Below, in pieces: positions 18,061 through 27,064 of a DNA stretch of 64,000 nucleotides. The stretch is taken from contig HF988637.1 of assembly GCA_000434675.1 (NCBI GenBank), positions 31,244 to 95,243 of the forward strand, written 5' to 3'. The stretch comes from Faecalibacterium sp. CAG:1138 (lineage in GTDB: Bacteria; Bacillota; Clostridia; Christensenellales; CAG-917). Made by a program: the position numbers and the translations under genes. The stretch's first letter is position 1. Each line of letters opens with the position of its first letter. The notes beneath the pieces were generated by a model that searched no databases, was not told where the DNA came from, and saw only the letters and a list, made by a program, of their open reading frames with translations.

Positions 18061-19599
18061 ATGAACAACAGATTTTGCGGCCTTATCATTATGGACGGTT
18101 TCGGCATTTCCCCTGAGCACAAAGGAAACGCCATTTACCTAGAAGGCACGCCTTATATCAAAGAACTCGTTTCGCGCTACAGCCACACTCAAATCGGCGC
18201 GAGCGGCATGGACGTCGGTCTTCCCGACGGACAAATGGGCAACAGCGAAGTCGGCCACCTCAATATGGGCGCCGGCCGCATAGTTTATCAGGAACTGACG
18301 AAAATAACCAAAGCAATCTCCGACGGCGACTTTTTTGAAAACAAAGCTTTTCTGGACGCCATGGAAAACGCCAAGAAAAACGGCAAAAAACTGCACGTTA
18401 TGGGGCTTTTGGGTAACGGCGGCGTGCATAGCCACATCACGCATCTGAAAGCGCTTATCGAAATGGCCAAAAAACAAGGCCTCGAAAACGTTTACGTCCA
18501 TTGCTTTATGGACGGCAGGGACGTTCCGCCTACTTCCGGTCTGGGATTTGTGAAAGAGCTGGAAGCGTATATGAAAGAAATCGGCATCGGCGAAATCGCC
18601 ACGCTTGCCGGAAGATATTACCCGATGGACCGCGACAACCGCTGGGACAGAGTGGAAAAAGGCTTCGACGCAATGACCTTGGGCGAAGGGCTGAAATTTG
18701 CAAGCGCAGAAGAGGCAATCGAAGACAGCTATAAGCGCGGCGTTACCGACGAATTCGTGGTGCCGAGCGTGGTGGTGAGGGCAAACGGCGAACCGGTTGC
18801 AAAAATCGAAAAGGGCGACAGCGTGATTTTCTTTAACTTCCGTCCGGACAGAGCGAGAGAAATCACCAGAGCGTTTACGTTTGAGGACTTTTCGAGCTTC
18901 GAAAGAAAGTGCGGCTATCTCGGCGTGAAATACGTTTCCATGACGCAATACGATGCCACCTTCGACAATCTGGAAGTGGCATTCAAACCGCAGAGCCTCA
19001 AAAACACTTTGGGAGAATACTTTGCGGCAAACGGCATAAAGCAGTTGAGAATCGCGGAAACGGAAAAATACGCGCACGTTACCTTCTTCTTCAACGGCGG
19101 CGTGGAAGCTCCGAACGAAGGAGAGGACAGAATTCTGGTGCCGTCTCCGAAAGTGGCAACCTACGATCTGAAGCCTGAAATGAGCGCTTACGAAGTGGCC
19201 GAAAAGGCCGCCGCGGCAATAAGAAGCGGCAAATACGGCGCAATGATACTCAATTTTGCAAACTGCGACATGGTCGGACACACCGGCGTTCTGGAAGCTG
19301 CGGAAAAAGCGGTGGCGGCGGTTGAGGCTTGTCTCAAAATCGTGCTGGACGCAATAAGAGAAGTGGGCGGCATGGCTATAGTTACCGCAGACCACGGCAA
19401 TGCGGACAAAATGATCGCGGAAGACGGCAGTCCGTTTACCGCGCATACCACGAATCCCGTGCCGGTTATTCTGGTTGACGACAAAAAAGAGTACGGAAAA
19501 CTCAGGGACGGCGGAAGATTGTCAGATCTCGCCCCTACTATGCTTAAAATGATGGAGCTGCCGGTTCCGGAAGAAATGACCGGCAAGGCGTTGTTCTGA
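18061..19599 (+). CDS. gpmI: 2,3-bisphosphoglycerate-independent phosphoglycerate mutase
   Basis: ATG 18061 follows GGAGG. Contains LIIMDGFG, GNSEVGHLNMGAGR and TADHGNA. The listed start at 17959 would add a non-homologous 34-aa extension. Confidence 0.95.
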   Translation: MNNRFCGLIIMDGFGISPEHKGNAIYLEGTPYIKELVSRYSHTQIGASGMDVGLPDGQMGNSEVGHLNMGAGRIVYQELTKITKAISDGDFFENKAFLDAMENAKKNGKKLHVMGLLGNGGVHSHITHLKALIEMAKKQGLENVYVHCFMDGRDVPPTSGLGFVKELEAYMKEIGIGEIATLAGRYYPMDRDNRWDRVEKGFDAMTLGEGLKFASAEEAIEDSYKRGVTDEFVVPSVVVRANGEPVAKIEKGDSVIFFNFRPDRAREITRAFTFEDFSSFERKCGYLGVKYVSMTQYDATFDNLEVAFKPQSLKNTLGEYFAANGIKQLRIAETEKYAHVTFFFNGGVEAPNEGEDRILVPSPKVATYDLKPEMSAYEVAEKAAAAIRSGKYGAMILNFANCDMVGHTGVLEAAEKAVAAVEACLKIVLDAIREVGGMAIVTADHGNADKMIAEDGSPFTAHTTNPVPVILVDDKKEYGKLRDGGRLSDLAPTMLKMMELPVPEEMTGKALF

Positions 19600-21083
19600 T
19601 GAAAGAGAAAAACAAAAAACTTATCGTATTGTTGCTTATCACCGTCATAACCGTTTCGTCGGCCGTGGCGATGGTGGTCATTTTCCGGGCTGAGGACAAG
19701 CCTCAGCCGGTTTCGGTAAGCTCTTTGTCGGTCAAAAGCTATCTTACCAAAAAATACTATCTCCCGAACGAACAAGTGCTTTTCGACGGCTGCGTGCTTA
19801 CCATAAACTATTCCGACGGCAAAACCGAAGACGTTACGTTGTCGGACGAACGACTTTCCGTCAGAACGACGGGCACCGCCGTGGACGAAAAAGTCGGGTT
19901 TGTGAAGGTTACGCTGGACGGAGCGACGGCTTCGGTGCCGTATATGGTTTCCACCAAATACGATCAGGTTACGTTTGACACCGAAGGGCTGCAAACCGTT
20001 TACACGGTGGGCAATTCCGTTGCCTGGGGCGCTTCGAAGTTCGACATCAAAAAAAGAGGTTCGACGTCCACTACCACGGTGCGCGCATCGGCCGCGGCAG
20101 GAAAATCCGGCTACAACTTTTCGCTTGACGGCTTTTCGACGGAAATCCCCGGCGTATATAAGATGAAAATCACCTTTATGGCCGAAGTTTACGAAACGGA
20201 ATATAAGGTGGTGGGACACTCGTTCGTGAAATCGGTGGCTTTGTCGGGAACTCCGAGAACCGTTTACCTTATGGGCGAAGAACTGGACGTTGGGAACCTC
20301 AAAATCATGACGGAAACGAGCACCGGCGAAACGGCAGAGGTTGAGGTTACGAAGGATATGTTCTCCGGCTTCGACACTTCCGAAGTCGGCGAGAACAAGG
20401 CTATGAAGCTGTTCTACAAGCCGACGCTCAGCGAGGACGACAAGACCTTTGAAATCACCTTTGGCTACACCGTTTACGACGAAAACCGCATCGAAAGCGT
20501 GGATTTCGTGGCGTCGGCAGGGGAGCTTAACTATTACGTGGGCGACGAAATCAAGCTGTCGCAAAGCAAACTGCGCGTGAAATTTGCGGGCGGAGTTATT
20601 GCGGAGATTTCCGTTACCGATCCGTCGGTGAAGATTGACGAGAGCACTTTCGACACCTCCAAGGGCGGAAGATATAAGCTGAAAATCATTTACACTACGC
20701 CTAACGGCACCGAATTCGTGAGCGAAACGGAATACGTCGTTACCGCGAGAGTGGTGAAAATGGAAATTAAGAACGCGGAAAGCATGAAGGGCTTCTATCA
20801 GGCGGCAGACGGCAAAGTTACGCTGGCCTACCGCGCGGGCGATACCTTCGGTTTCGGCGACGCTTACGTGCTGGTGACTTACGACGACGGCAGCGAAGCG
20901 CAATTTAATCTGCAGGAACAACTGGAAAAAGAAGAAGGCAGAATGGTGATTCTGCTGTCGATGCCTGACAGGAAAAAGCTTACCGTTTCGGGCATCGATA
21001 TGACCACGCAACGCGAAAACGAAATTTACATCGGCTGGGCAGGCGGCAAACTGCTCGAGGTGGTTTACGTCATCACCGCTTAA
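19599..21083 (+). CDS. Membrane-anchored protein with repeated bacterial Ig-like domains
   Basis: N-terminal TM LIVLLLITVITVSSAVAMVVIF. About five repeats of the pattern Y..G(D/E)....(G/S)..L.V.Y.DG....V.(V/L). The start overlaps the gpmI stop (TGATG). Confidence 0.7.
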   Translation: MKEKNKKLIVLLLITVITVSSAVAMVVIFRAEDKPQPVSVSSLSVKSYLTKKYYLPNEQVLFDGCVLTINYSDGKTEDVTLSDERLSVRTTGTAVDEKVGFVKVTLDGATASVPYMVSTKYDQVTFDTEGLQTVYTVGNSVAWGASKFDIKKRGSTSTTTVRASAAAGKSGYNFSLDGFSTEIPGVYKMKITFMAEVYETEYKVVGHSFVKSVALSGTPRTVYLMGEELDVGNLKIMTETSTGETAEVEVTKDMFSGFDTSEVGENKAMKLFYKPTLSEDDKTFEITFGYTVYDENRIESVDFVASAGELNYYVGDEIKLSQSKLRVKFAGGVIAEISVTDPSVKIDESTFDTSKGGRYKLKIIYTTPNGTEFVSETEYVVTARVVKMEIKNAESMKGFYQAADGKVTLAYRAGDTFGFGDAYVLVTYDDGSEAQFNLQEQLEKEEGRMVILLSMPDRKKLTVSGIDMTTQRENEIYIGWAGGKLLEVVYVITA

Positions 21084-21130
21084 CTAAATAACAACGCGCC
21101 CCAAAGCGGGGCAGATACAGAGGAGCAATT

Positions 21131-24100
21131 ATGTATAAAAAAGTCGACACGGGCCTCGATTTCGTGGAAAGAGAAAAAGAGGTTCTGGAGTTTTGGAAAG
21201 AAAACGACATCTTCAAGAAAAGCATTGAAAAGAACGAAGGACATCCCGAATTCAGTTTTTACGACGGCCCTCCTACGGCCAACGGCAAACCGCATATCGG
21301 ACATATCCTGACGCGCGTTATGAAGGACATCGTTCCGCGCTACAAGACAATGAAGGGCTATCACGTTTTGAGAAAAGCGGGGTGGGATACTCACGGATTG
21401 CCGGTTGAACTGGAAGTGGAAAAAATGCTCGGCATCGACGGTAAGCCGGAAATAGAAAAATACGGCGTAGAACCGTTCATTCAAAAGTGCAAGGAAAGCG
21501 TTTGGAAATATAAGCACGAATGGGAAGTTATGTCCGACAGAGTCGGCTATTGGGCCGATATGGACAATCCGTACGTCACCTACGACGACAACTACATAGA
21601 GTCCGTCTGGTGGAGCCTTAAAGAAATAGACAAAAAAGGCCTCATTTACAAGGGACATAAGGTCGTTCCGTATTGCCCGCGCTGCGGCACCGCTTTGTCG
21701 AGCCACGAGGTTGCGCAAGGCTACAAGGATGTTCAGGACACTTCCGCCTTCGTCAAATTTAAGGTGAAGGGCGAAGAAAACACCTATTTTTTGGCTTGGA
21801 CGACCACGCCGTGGACGCTCCCTTCCAACGTCGCTTTGTGTATGAACGCAAAAATCGACTACGTAAAAATCAAAGCGAACGGAGAATATTATATTCTCGC
21901 AAAACCGCTTGTGAACAGCTTGTTCGAGGACTACGAAATCGTCGACACCAGAAAAGGCAAAGACTACGAATACGTCGAATACGAACCGCTTTTCGACTTC
22001 TATAAGGAAGGGAAGAAGGCATTTTTCGTTACAAACGCCGAATACGTTACCACCACCGACGGCACCGGTGTGGTGCATATCGCGCCTGCGTTCGGCGAGG
22101 ACGACACTCAGGTCGGCAGAGCGTATAATCTGCCGCTCGTGCAGTTCGTCGACGCAAGAGGACGCTTGACGGCAGATTGCGGCAGCGACCTCGAGGGACT
22201 TTTCGTCAAGGACGCCGACAAGGTGGTTTTGAGAAAGCTGAAAGAGAATGGACTTTTGTTCAAAAAGGCCGAATTTACGCACAACTATCCGTTCTGCTGG
22301 AGATGCGACACTCCGCTCATTTACTTTGCAAGAAGCAGCTGGTTCATCAAAATGACCGCCGTCAGAGATAAGCTTCTGAAAAACAACGACACCGTCAACT
22401 GGATGCCGCCTTCCATCAAGAACGGCCGTTTCGGCAACTTCCTGGAAAACGTCATCGACTGGGGCTTCAGCAGAGAAAGATATTGGGGCACGCCGCTTCC
22501 TATCTGGATTTGCGACAAGTGCGGAAAAAGACACGTCGTCGGAAGCAGAAAAGAGCTTTGCGAACTGGCAGGGCTGGAAAAAGCGCCCGAACTTCATAAA
22601 CCGTATCTCGACCCTATCACCTGGGGTTGCGAGTGCGGCGGCACTTTTAAGAGAACGCCGGAAGTTATGGACTGCTGGTACGACAGCGGCAGTATGCCGT
22701 TTGCGCAATGGCACTATCCGTTTGAAAATAAGGACATATTTGAAAAGGTTTTCCCTGCAGACTTCATTTCGGAGGCAGTCGATCAGACGAGAGGTTGGTT
22801 CTACACTCTTATGGCAATTTCCACGTTGCTGTTCGACAAGAGCCCGTTTGAAAACTGCATAGTGCTTGGCCACGTCAACGACAAAAACGGCATCAAAATG
22901 AGCAAGCATAAGGGCAACGTCGTCGATCCGTTCAGCGTGCTTGACGCGCAGGGCGCAGACGCGGTAAGGTGGTATTTCTACACCGCAAGCGCTCCTTGGC
23001 TGCCGTCCAGATTCTCGGCGGACAACGTTTCGGAGGCGCAGCGCAAGTTTATGGGCACACTCTGGAACACCTATGCGTTTTACGTGCTGTACGCCGACAT
23101 CGACAAGTTCAATCCGGCGGAGCATAAGCTCGAAGACCAGAAGCTCACCATAATGGACAAGTGGATTTTGTCTGCTTTGAACAGCCTTATCGCTTACGTT
23201 GACGAGGCTTTGAACGAATACAAAATCACCGAAAGCGCCAGAGCAATCGAAGCGTTTGTGGACGACCTTTCCAACTGGTACGTCCGCCGCTCGAGAGAAC
23301 GTTTCTGGGGCAGCGATATGACCGAGGACAAGGAAGCGGCCTACACCACCTTGTCGCACGTTCTCATCGAGCTGTCCAAGATTCTCGCGCCGTTCACGCC
23401 GTTTATGGCAGAACAGATTTATCAGAATCTCGTCAGGAACTTTGACGAAAACGCGCCGCTTTCCGTACACCTTTGCGCTTTCCCTACGGCAGACGAAAAG
23501 GCCGTAGACAAAAAACTTGAGGACGGAATGAAGGAAGTTATCAACGTGGTTACGCTCGGCCGCGCCGCAAGAAACAAGGCCAACGTCAAAAACCGTCAGC
23601 CGCTTTCCGTTTTGTACGTGAAAGGTAAACCTTTGACCGAAGAACTGAAAACTCTGGTTGCAGACGAACTTAACGTCAAGAAGGTTTCGGAGAGCATTTC
23701 GGACAGGGATTTCATCACCTACGAGCTTAAACCGCAGCTTAAAACTATCGGCCCGAAATACGGTCCGTTGCTTGGAAAAATCAAAGCGTTTTTGGCAGAA
23801 GCCGACGGATTTGAAATTGTGGACGCAGTGGAAAACGGCGTTTACACCACCGAAATTGACGGAAAAACCGTTGAATTTGCAAAAGACGACTTGCTGGTTG
23901 CCGTGAAAGACAGACCGGGATTTGCGGCCGAAACCGAAGGCGACATCACGGTTATTTTAAATACCGACGTTACGCCGGAACTCGTTTCGGAGGGACTTGC
24001 AAGAGAAGTGGTTTCGAAAGTTCAGACCATGAGAAAGGAAGCCGGATTCGAGGTTGTGGACCATATCGTCATCGGCCTTAAAGCTTCGGACGAAGTGAAA

Positions 24101-24235
24101 AAAGCGGTGCAGGATAACGCCTTCGTCAAGAAGGTTACCCTCGCAGACGCCGTTTCGGACGAACTTGACGGCTACGTCAAGGAATGGGATTTCGGCGGCG
24201 AAACGGTTACGCTTTCCGTCAAAAAGGTCAAATAG
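21131..24235 (+). CDS. ileS: Isoleucine--tRNA ligase (long type-2 form)
   Basis: HIGH motif PTANGKPHIGH and KMSKS motif KMSKHKGN. Also WTTTPWTLPSN and the CP1 editing region. 1034 aa. Confidence 0.95.
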   Translation: MYKKVDTGLDFVEREKEVLEFWKENDIFKKSIEKNEGHPEFSFYDGPPTANGKPHIGHILTRVMKDIVPRYKTMKGYHVLRKAGWDTHGLPVELEVEKMLGIDGKPEIEKYGVEPFIQKCKESVWKYKHEWEVMSDRVGYWADMDNPYVTYDDNYIESVWWSLKEIDKKGLIYKGHKVVPYCPRCGTALSSHEVAQGYKDVQDTSAFVKFKVKGEENTYFLAWTTTPWTLPSNVALCMNAKIDYVKIKANGEYYILAKPLVNSLFEDYEIVDTRKGKDYEYVEYEPLFDFYKEGKKAFFVTNAEYVTTTDGTGVVHIAPAFGEDDTQVGRAYNLPLVQFVDARGRLTADCGSDLEGLFVKDADKVVLRKLKENGLLFKKAEFTHNYPFCWRCDTPLIYFARSSWFIKMTAVRDKLLKNNDTVNWMPPSIKNGRFGNFLENVIDWGFSRERYWGTPLPIWICDKCGKRHVVGSRKELCELAGLEKAPELHKPYLDPITWGCECGGTFKRTPEVMDCWYDSGSMPFAQWHYPFENKDIFEKVFPADFISEAVDQTRGWFYTLMAISTLLFDKSPFENCIVLGHVNDKNGIKMSKHKGNVVDPFSVLDAQGADAVRWYFYTASAPWLPSRFSADNVSEAQRKFMGTLWNTYAFYVLYADIDKFNPAEHKLEDQKLTIMDKWILSALNSLIAYVDEALNEYKITESARAIEAFVDDLSNWYVRRSRERFWGSDMTEDKEAAYTTLSHVLIELSKILAPFTPFMAEQIYQNLVRNFDENAPLSVHLCAFPTADEKAVDKKLEDGMKEVINVVTLGRAARNKANVKNRQPLSVLYVKGKPLTEELKTLVADELNVKKVSESISDRDFITYELKPQLKTIGPKYGPLLGKIKAFLAEADGFEIVDAVENGVYTTEIDGKTVEFAKDDLLVAVKDRPGFAAETEGDITVILNTDVTPELVSEGLAREVVSKVQTMRKEAGFEVVDHIVIGLKASDEVKKAVQDNAFVKKVTLADAVSDELDGYVKEWDFGGETVTLSVKKVK

Positions 24236-24236
24236 T

Positions 24237-25097
24237 ATGAAAGTTAACAACGAATGGACCGATTATTCCGTTTTAGCCACGGGCGACGGTGAAAAATTGG
24301 AACGCTGGGGTAAGTACGTGCTGCTTCGACCGGATCCGCAGGTTATCTGGCCTCAGGCGTTTCCGCTGAAAGATTATAAGGGGCTGACGGCCTACTACAC
24401 CAGAAGCGAAACGGGCGGAGGTGCCTGGCACTATAACCAAAAGATGCCGTCCGACTTCACGGTGGGGTGGAGAAATCTGAAATTCAAGCTCAAGCTTATG
24501 GGGTTCAAGCATACGGGACTGTTTCCGGAGCAAGCCGTGAACTGGGCGAGAATGATAGATCTGATCTCGAACGCGGGCAGGCCTATTGAAGTGCTGAATC
24601 TGTTTGCGTACACGGGCGGCGCCACGGTGGCGTGTCTGTCGGCGGGCGCAAAGGTCTGCCACGTGGACAGCGCAAAAGCCATGGTGGAAAGAGCGGGCGA
24701 AAACGTCAGGCTCTCGGGACTGGAGGACAGGCCCGTTCGCTATATAATCGACGACTGCGAAAAGTTTGTCAGACGCGAAATCAGGCGCGGCAGAAAATAC
24801 GACGCAATCATCATGGATCCGCCGAGCTTCGGAAGAGGCCCGAACGGCGAAACCTGGAAAATCGAGGACAGCATTTTCGGTTTGGTCAAGCTGACGAAGG
24901 AACTGCTGTCGGATAAGCCGCTCTTTTATCTTATCAACAGCTACACCACCGGTCTTCAACCGACCGTTATGGCCAACATCCTCGCAAGGGCGCTCGGCAT
25001 CGAGGCGGATAGAATCGACGCCGACGAAATCGGCCTCCCGACCGAAGAAAAAGACGTCGTTCTGCCGGCAGGCGCAAGCGCGTTCGCAACGTTTTAG
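24237..25097 (+). CDS. Class I SAM-dependent (rRNA) methyltransferase, RlmI-C-terminal-like
   Basis: ATG 24237 is 1 nt after the ileS stop. Motif I is LNLFAYTGG and motif IV is AIIMDPPSFGRG. Confidence 0.8.
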   Translation: MKVNNEWTDYSVLATGDGEKLERWGKYVLLRPDPQVIWPQAFPLKDYKGLTAYYTRSETGGGAWHYNQKMPSDFTVGWRNLKFKLKLMGFKHTGLFPEQAVNWARMIDLISNAGRPIEVLNLFAYTGGATVACLSAGAKVCHVDSAKAMVERAGENVRLSGLEDRPVRYIIDDCEKFVRREIRRGRKYDAIIMDPPSFGRGPNGETWKIEDSIFGLVKLTKELLSDKPLFYLINSYTTGLQPTVMANILARALGIEADRIDADEIGLPTEEKDVVLPAGASAFATF

Positions 25098-25115
25098 ACG
25101 ACAAAGGAGAAATAT

Positions 25116-25835
25116 ATGGACTACAAAGATATAAGTGTCGTATATGAAGACAATCATATTCTCGTGGCGGTCAAGCCGCAGAACGTACCCGTTCAGGCGG
25201 ACAGCAGCGGCGACGACGATATGCTTTCGATGCTGAAAAAATATTTGCAGGAAAAATACGACAAACCTGGAGAGGCATATCTGGGACTCGTGCAGAGGCT
25301 GGACCGTCCGACGGGCGGCGTTATGGTCTTTGCAAAAACGTCGAAAGCCGCGGCAAGGCTCTGCAAAGCTATAACCGACGGCGAAGTGGACAAAAAATAC
25401 CTCGCGGTGGTTTACGGCGTGCCGAAAGACAGGCAGGCGCATTTGTCGAATTATCTGAAAAAGGATCCTGCGTCAAACGTGGTGTCCGTGGTTCCGATGC
25501 TCACCGAGGGCGCAAAAAGAGCGGAACTGGATTACAAACTTTTGTGCAGCGACGAAGGCGGCAGGATAAGCCTCGTTATGGTTAAGCTGGACACCGGCAG
25601 AAGCCATCAGATCAGAGTTCAGATGGCAAACATCGGGCATCCGCTGGTGGGGGACGTCAAGTACGCGGGTTCCATGCCGAAAGCAAATTGCAATCTCGCG
25701 CTTTGGGCAACGGAATTGAGGTTCAAACACCCCGTGAAAGACGCGCAGATGGTGTTCAGAGTGTATCCGCCTGAGGACGAAAAACCTTGGAAATATTTCA
25801 ACGTGGATACTTTTTTGTCGGAAGGCAGAAAATAA
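25116..25835 (+). CDS. RluA-family pseudouridine synthase
   Basis: Catalytic-Asp motif LVQRLDRPTGGVMVFAK and motif GRSHQIRVQMA..GHPLVGD.KY. Confidence 0.85.
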   Translation: MDYKDISVVYEDNHILVAVKPQNVPVQADSSGDDDMLSMLKKYLQEKYDKPGEAYLGLVQRLDRPTGGVMVFAKTSKAAARLCKAITDGEVDKKYLAVVYGVPKDRQAHLSNYLKKDPASNVVSVVPMLTEGAKRAELDYKLLCSDEGGRISLVMVKLDTGRSHQIRVQMANIGHPLVGDVKYAGSMPKANCNLALWATELRFKHPVKDAQMVFRVYPPEDEKPWKYFNVDTFLSEGRK

Positions 25836-25850
25836 AAGGAGCGGTGGAAT

Positions 25851-26174
25851 ATGTATAAGAATGTCGAAAAACAAAAAGTCATCACGCTTAAAAGCCTCGT
25901 GGACTATATGCCGGGGCAGGTGGTGAGCAAAACTTTGGCGCAAAACGACAAGGTTATAGTTACCGTTTTCAGCTTCGACAAGGGCGAAGAAATTTCCACT
26001 CACGCGGCGGGCGGCGACGCCATGGGAACGGTGCTTGAAGGCGTGGGGAAATTTACGGTGGACGGCGTGGAATATCACGTCAGAGAAGGCGAAACCCTCG
26101 TTATGCCGCAGAACATACCTCACGCGGTTTTCGGAGAGGAACGCTTTAAGATGCTGCTCACCGTTTCGTTCTGA
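25851..26174 (+). CDS. Cupin-domain protein
   Basis: 107 aa. The spacing G(X)5H.H...(E)...G......P...PH.. (ISTHAAGGDAM...GE.LVMP.NIPHAV) is typical of the cupin_2 family. Confidence 0.75.
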   Translation: MYKNVEKQKVITLKSLVDYMPGQVVSKTLAQNDKVIVTVFSFDKGEEISTHAAGGDAMGTVLEGVGKFTVDGVEYHVREGETLVMPQNIPHAVFGEERFKMLLTVSF

Positions 26175-26187
26175 AAAATAACGGTTT

Positions 26188-26223
26188 CCGCAAATCGGCA
26201 TAAGTCGGTTTGCGGTTTTTTTT
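26188..26223 (+). terminator. Rho-independent terminator after the cupin gene
   Basis: Arms CCGCAAA (26188-26194) and TTTGCGG (26209-26215) followed by T8. Confidence 0.7.
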
Positions 26224-26379
26224 GCCAAAAATCGGCAAATATCAAAACAATATTGCTTTTTTTGAGTTAATTTTTAGATAATCGTCAAAATCAGACATTA
26301 TAATTTCGGCCTCGACAAGTTTCGACAAAACCTTGCTAAAAATGTCAAAAAATATACCCCGAAAATGCGTCATAAAAGT

Positions 26380-26409
26380 TTGACAAATGGCGTTTTGCGG
26401 GGTTAATAT
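26380..26409 (+). promoter_or_regulatory. Sigma-A-type promoter candidate for the phage-module regulator
   Basis: TTGACA (26380-26385), 17-18 nt spacer, TTAATA/TAATAT (26403-26409). Confidence 0.45.
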
Positions 26410-26525
26410 ACTCTCGGCGCAGCGATAAAACATATTTTTGAGAGACATTCAACCTTCCCTGAATTTGGGTAGGTTGAATTTTTACATCGAATTGCTGTGA
26501 ATTATTTAGGGAAGGAGAATTACTT

Positions 26526-27035
26526 ATGACAAACAAATCGCAAAATTGCCACACGGCAGAGGAAATCGAAGACTGCAAAATAATATTGCGCGTTTATGCG
26601 AAATCGAACTCTGCGGTCAGAGCTATCGAAAAACAGATTCTGAAAGAGGCATTGGGAAGTTTTTATTACAAAAGAGGCTCGTCGACTCTTGATCAGTGCA
26701 ACAGAATCATCGATATGATCGAAACCAAAGAAGGCTACCTGACGCTCAGGGAAAAAACGGAAAAAGTTTTGGGAACATTGAAAGCAAGCGACCGTGAATT
26801 TCTGACAATGCGATTTGTGAACAAAATGCAATTTTCAGACATCGCCGACTATTTCGGTTGGTCGCTCAGAAACTGCTTCCGCAGATACGACGGAGCTGCG
26901 CGGGCGTTTTGCGAGGCTATGAAAAACGATGAGTTTTTCGAAAGCGAGAAAGAGACGGTGAGGGCGCTGCCACTTTACGTATTGGAAAAAAGAAAGTCGG
27001 ACGAGAGGAGGGCGGAAGCGTTTTCGAGGGAATGA
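26526..27035 (+). CDS. Sigma-70-region-4-like HTH protein, ArpU/RinA-type phage late-gene activator candidate (a small-terminase role is not excluded)
   Basis: 169 aa. The C-terminal segment L..SDREFLTMRFVNKMQFSDIADYFGWSLRNCFRRYDGAARAF has the sigma r4/ArpU pattern. SD AAGGAG. It lies upstream of the terminase, as late activators do in Firmicute phages. Confidence 0.5.
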   Translation: MTNKSQNCHTAEEIEDCKIILRVYAKSNSAVRAIEKQILKEALGSFYYKRGSSTLDQCNRIIDMIETKEGYLTLREKTEKVLGTLKASDREFLTMRFVNKMQFSDIADYFGWSLRNCFRRYDGAARAFCEAMKNDEFFESEKETVRALPLYVLEKRKSDERRAEAFSRE

Positions 27036-27057
27036 AAAACCACGCCCGAAAGCGTGG
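27035..27057 (-). terminator. Terminator hairpin between convergent genes (U-run only on the minus strand)
   Basis: Hairpin CCACGC-ccgaaa-GCGTGG (27040-27057) is preceded by A5 on the plus strand. That gives hairpin plus U-run for the minus-strand gene. Confidence 0.5.
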
Positions 27058-27064
27058 CTGAAAG

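Noticed and set aside
21084-21130. A T-box leader or other riboswitch upstream of ileS.
   Set aside because: The gap to the preceding gene is only 47 nt, far too short for a T-box (about 200 nt). It contains just a weak 5-bp hairpin and the SD.
21080-23470. Very long antisense ORFs opposite well-supported genes: 796 aa opposite ileS, 852 aa at 55841-58399 opposite ppdK, 717 aa at 42164-44317 opposite parC, 607 aa at 19188-21011, 511 aa at 15318-16853 and 542 aa at 31981-33609.
   Set aside because: Their translations are low-complexity and rich in R, F, V and H, with no recognisable motifs. They mirror the sense-strand codon phase, where codon bias removes TTA/CTA/TCA, and the sense genes carry unambiguous catalytic motifs. 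I treat them as shadow ORFs.
26242-26578. Minus-strand ORFs of 68 and 77 aa in the intergenic region upstream of the phage-module regulator.
   Set aside because: They have no SD and overlap each other. They also overlap the plus-strand promoter, the hairpin and the start of the 26526 gene, and the region is AT-rich, where spurious ORFs are expected.
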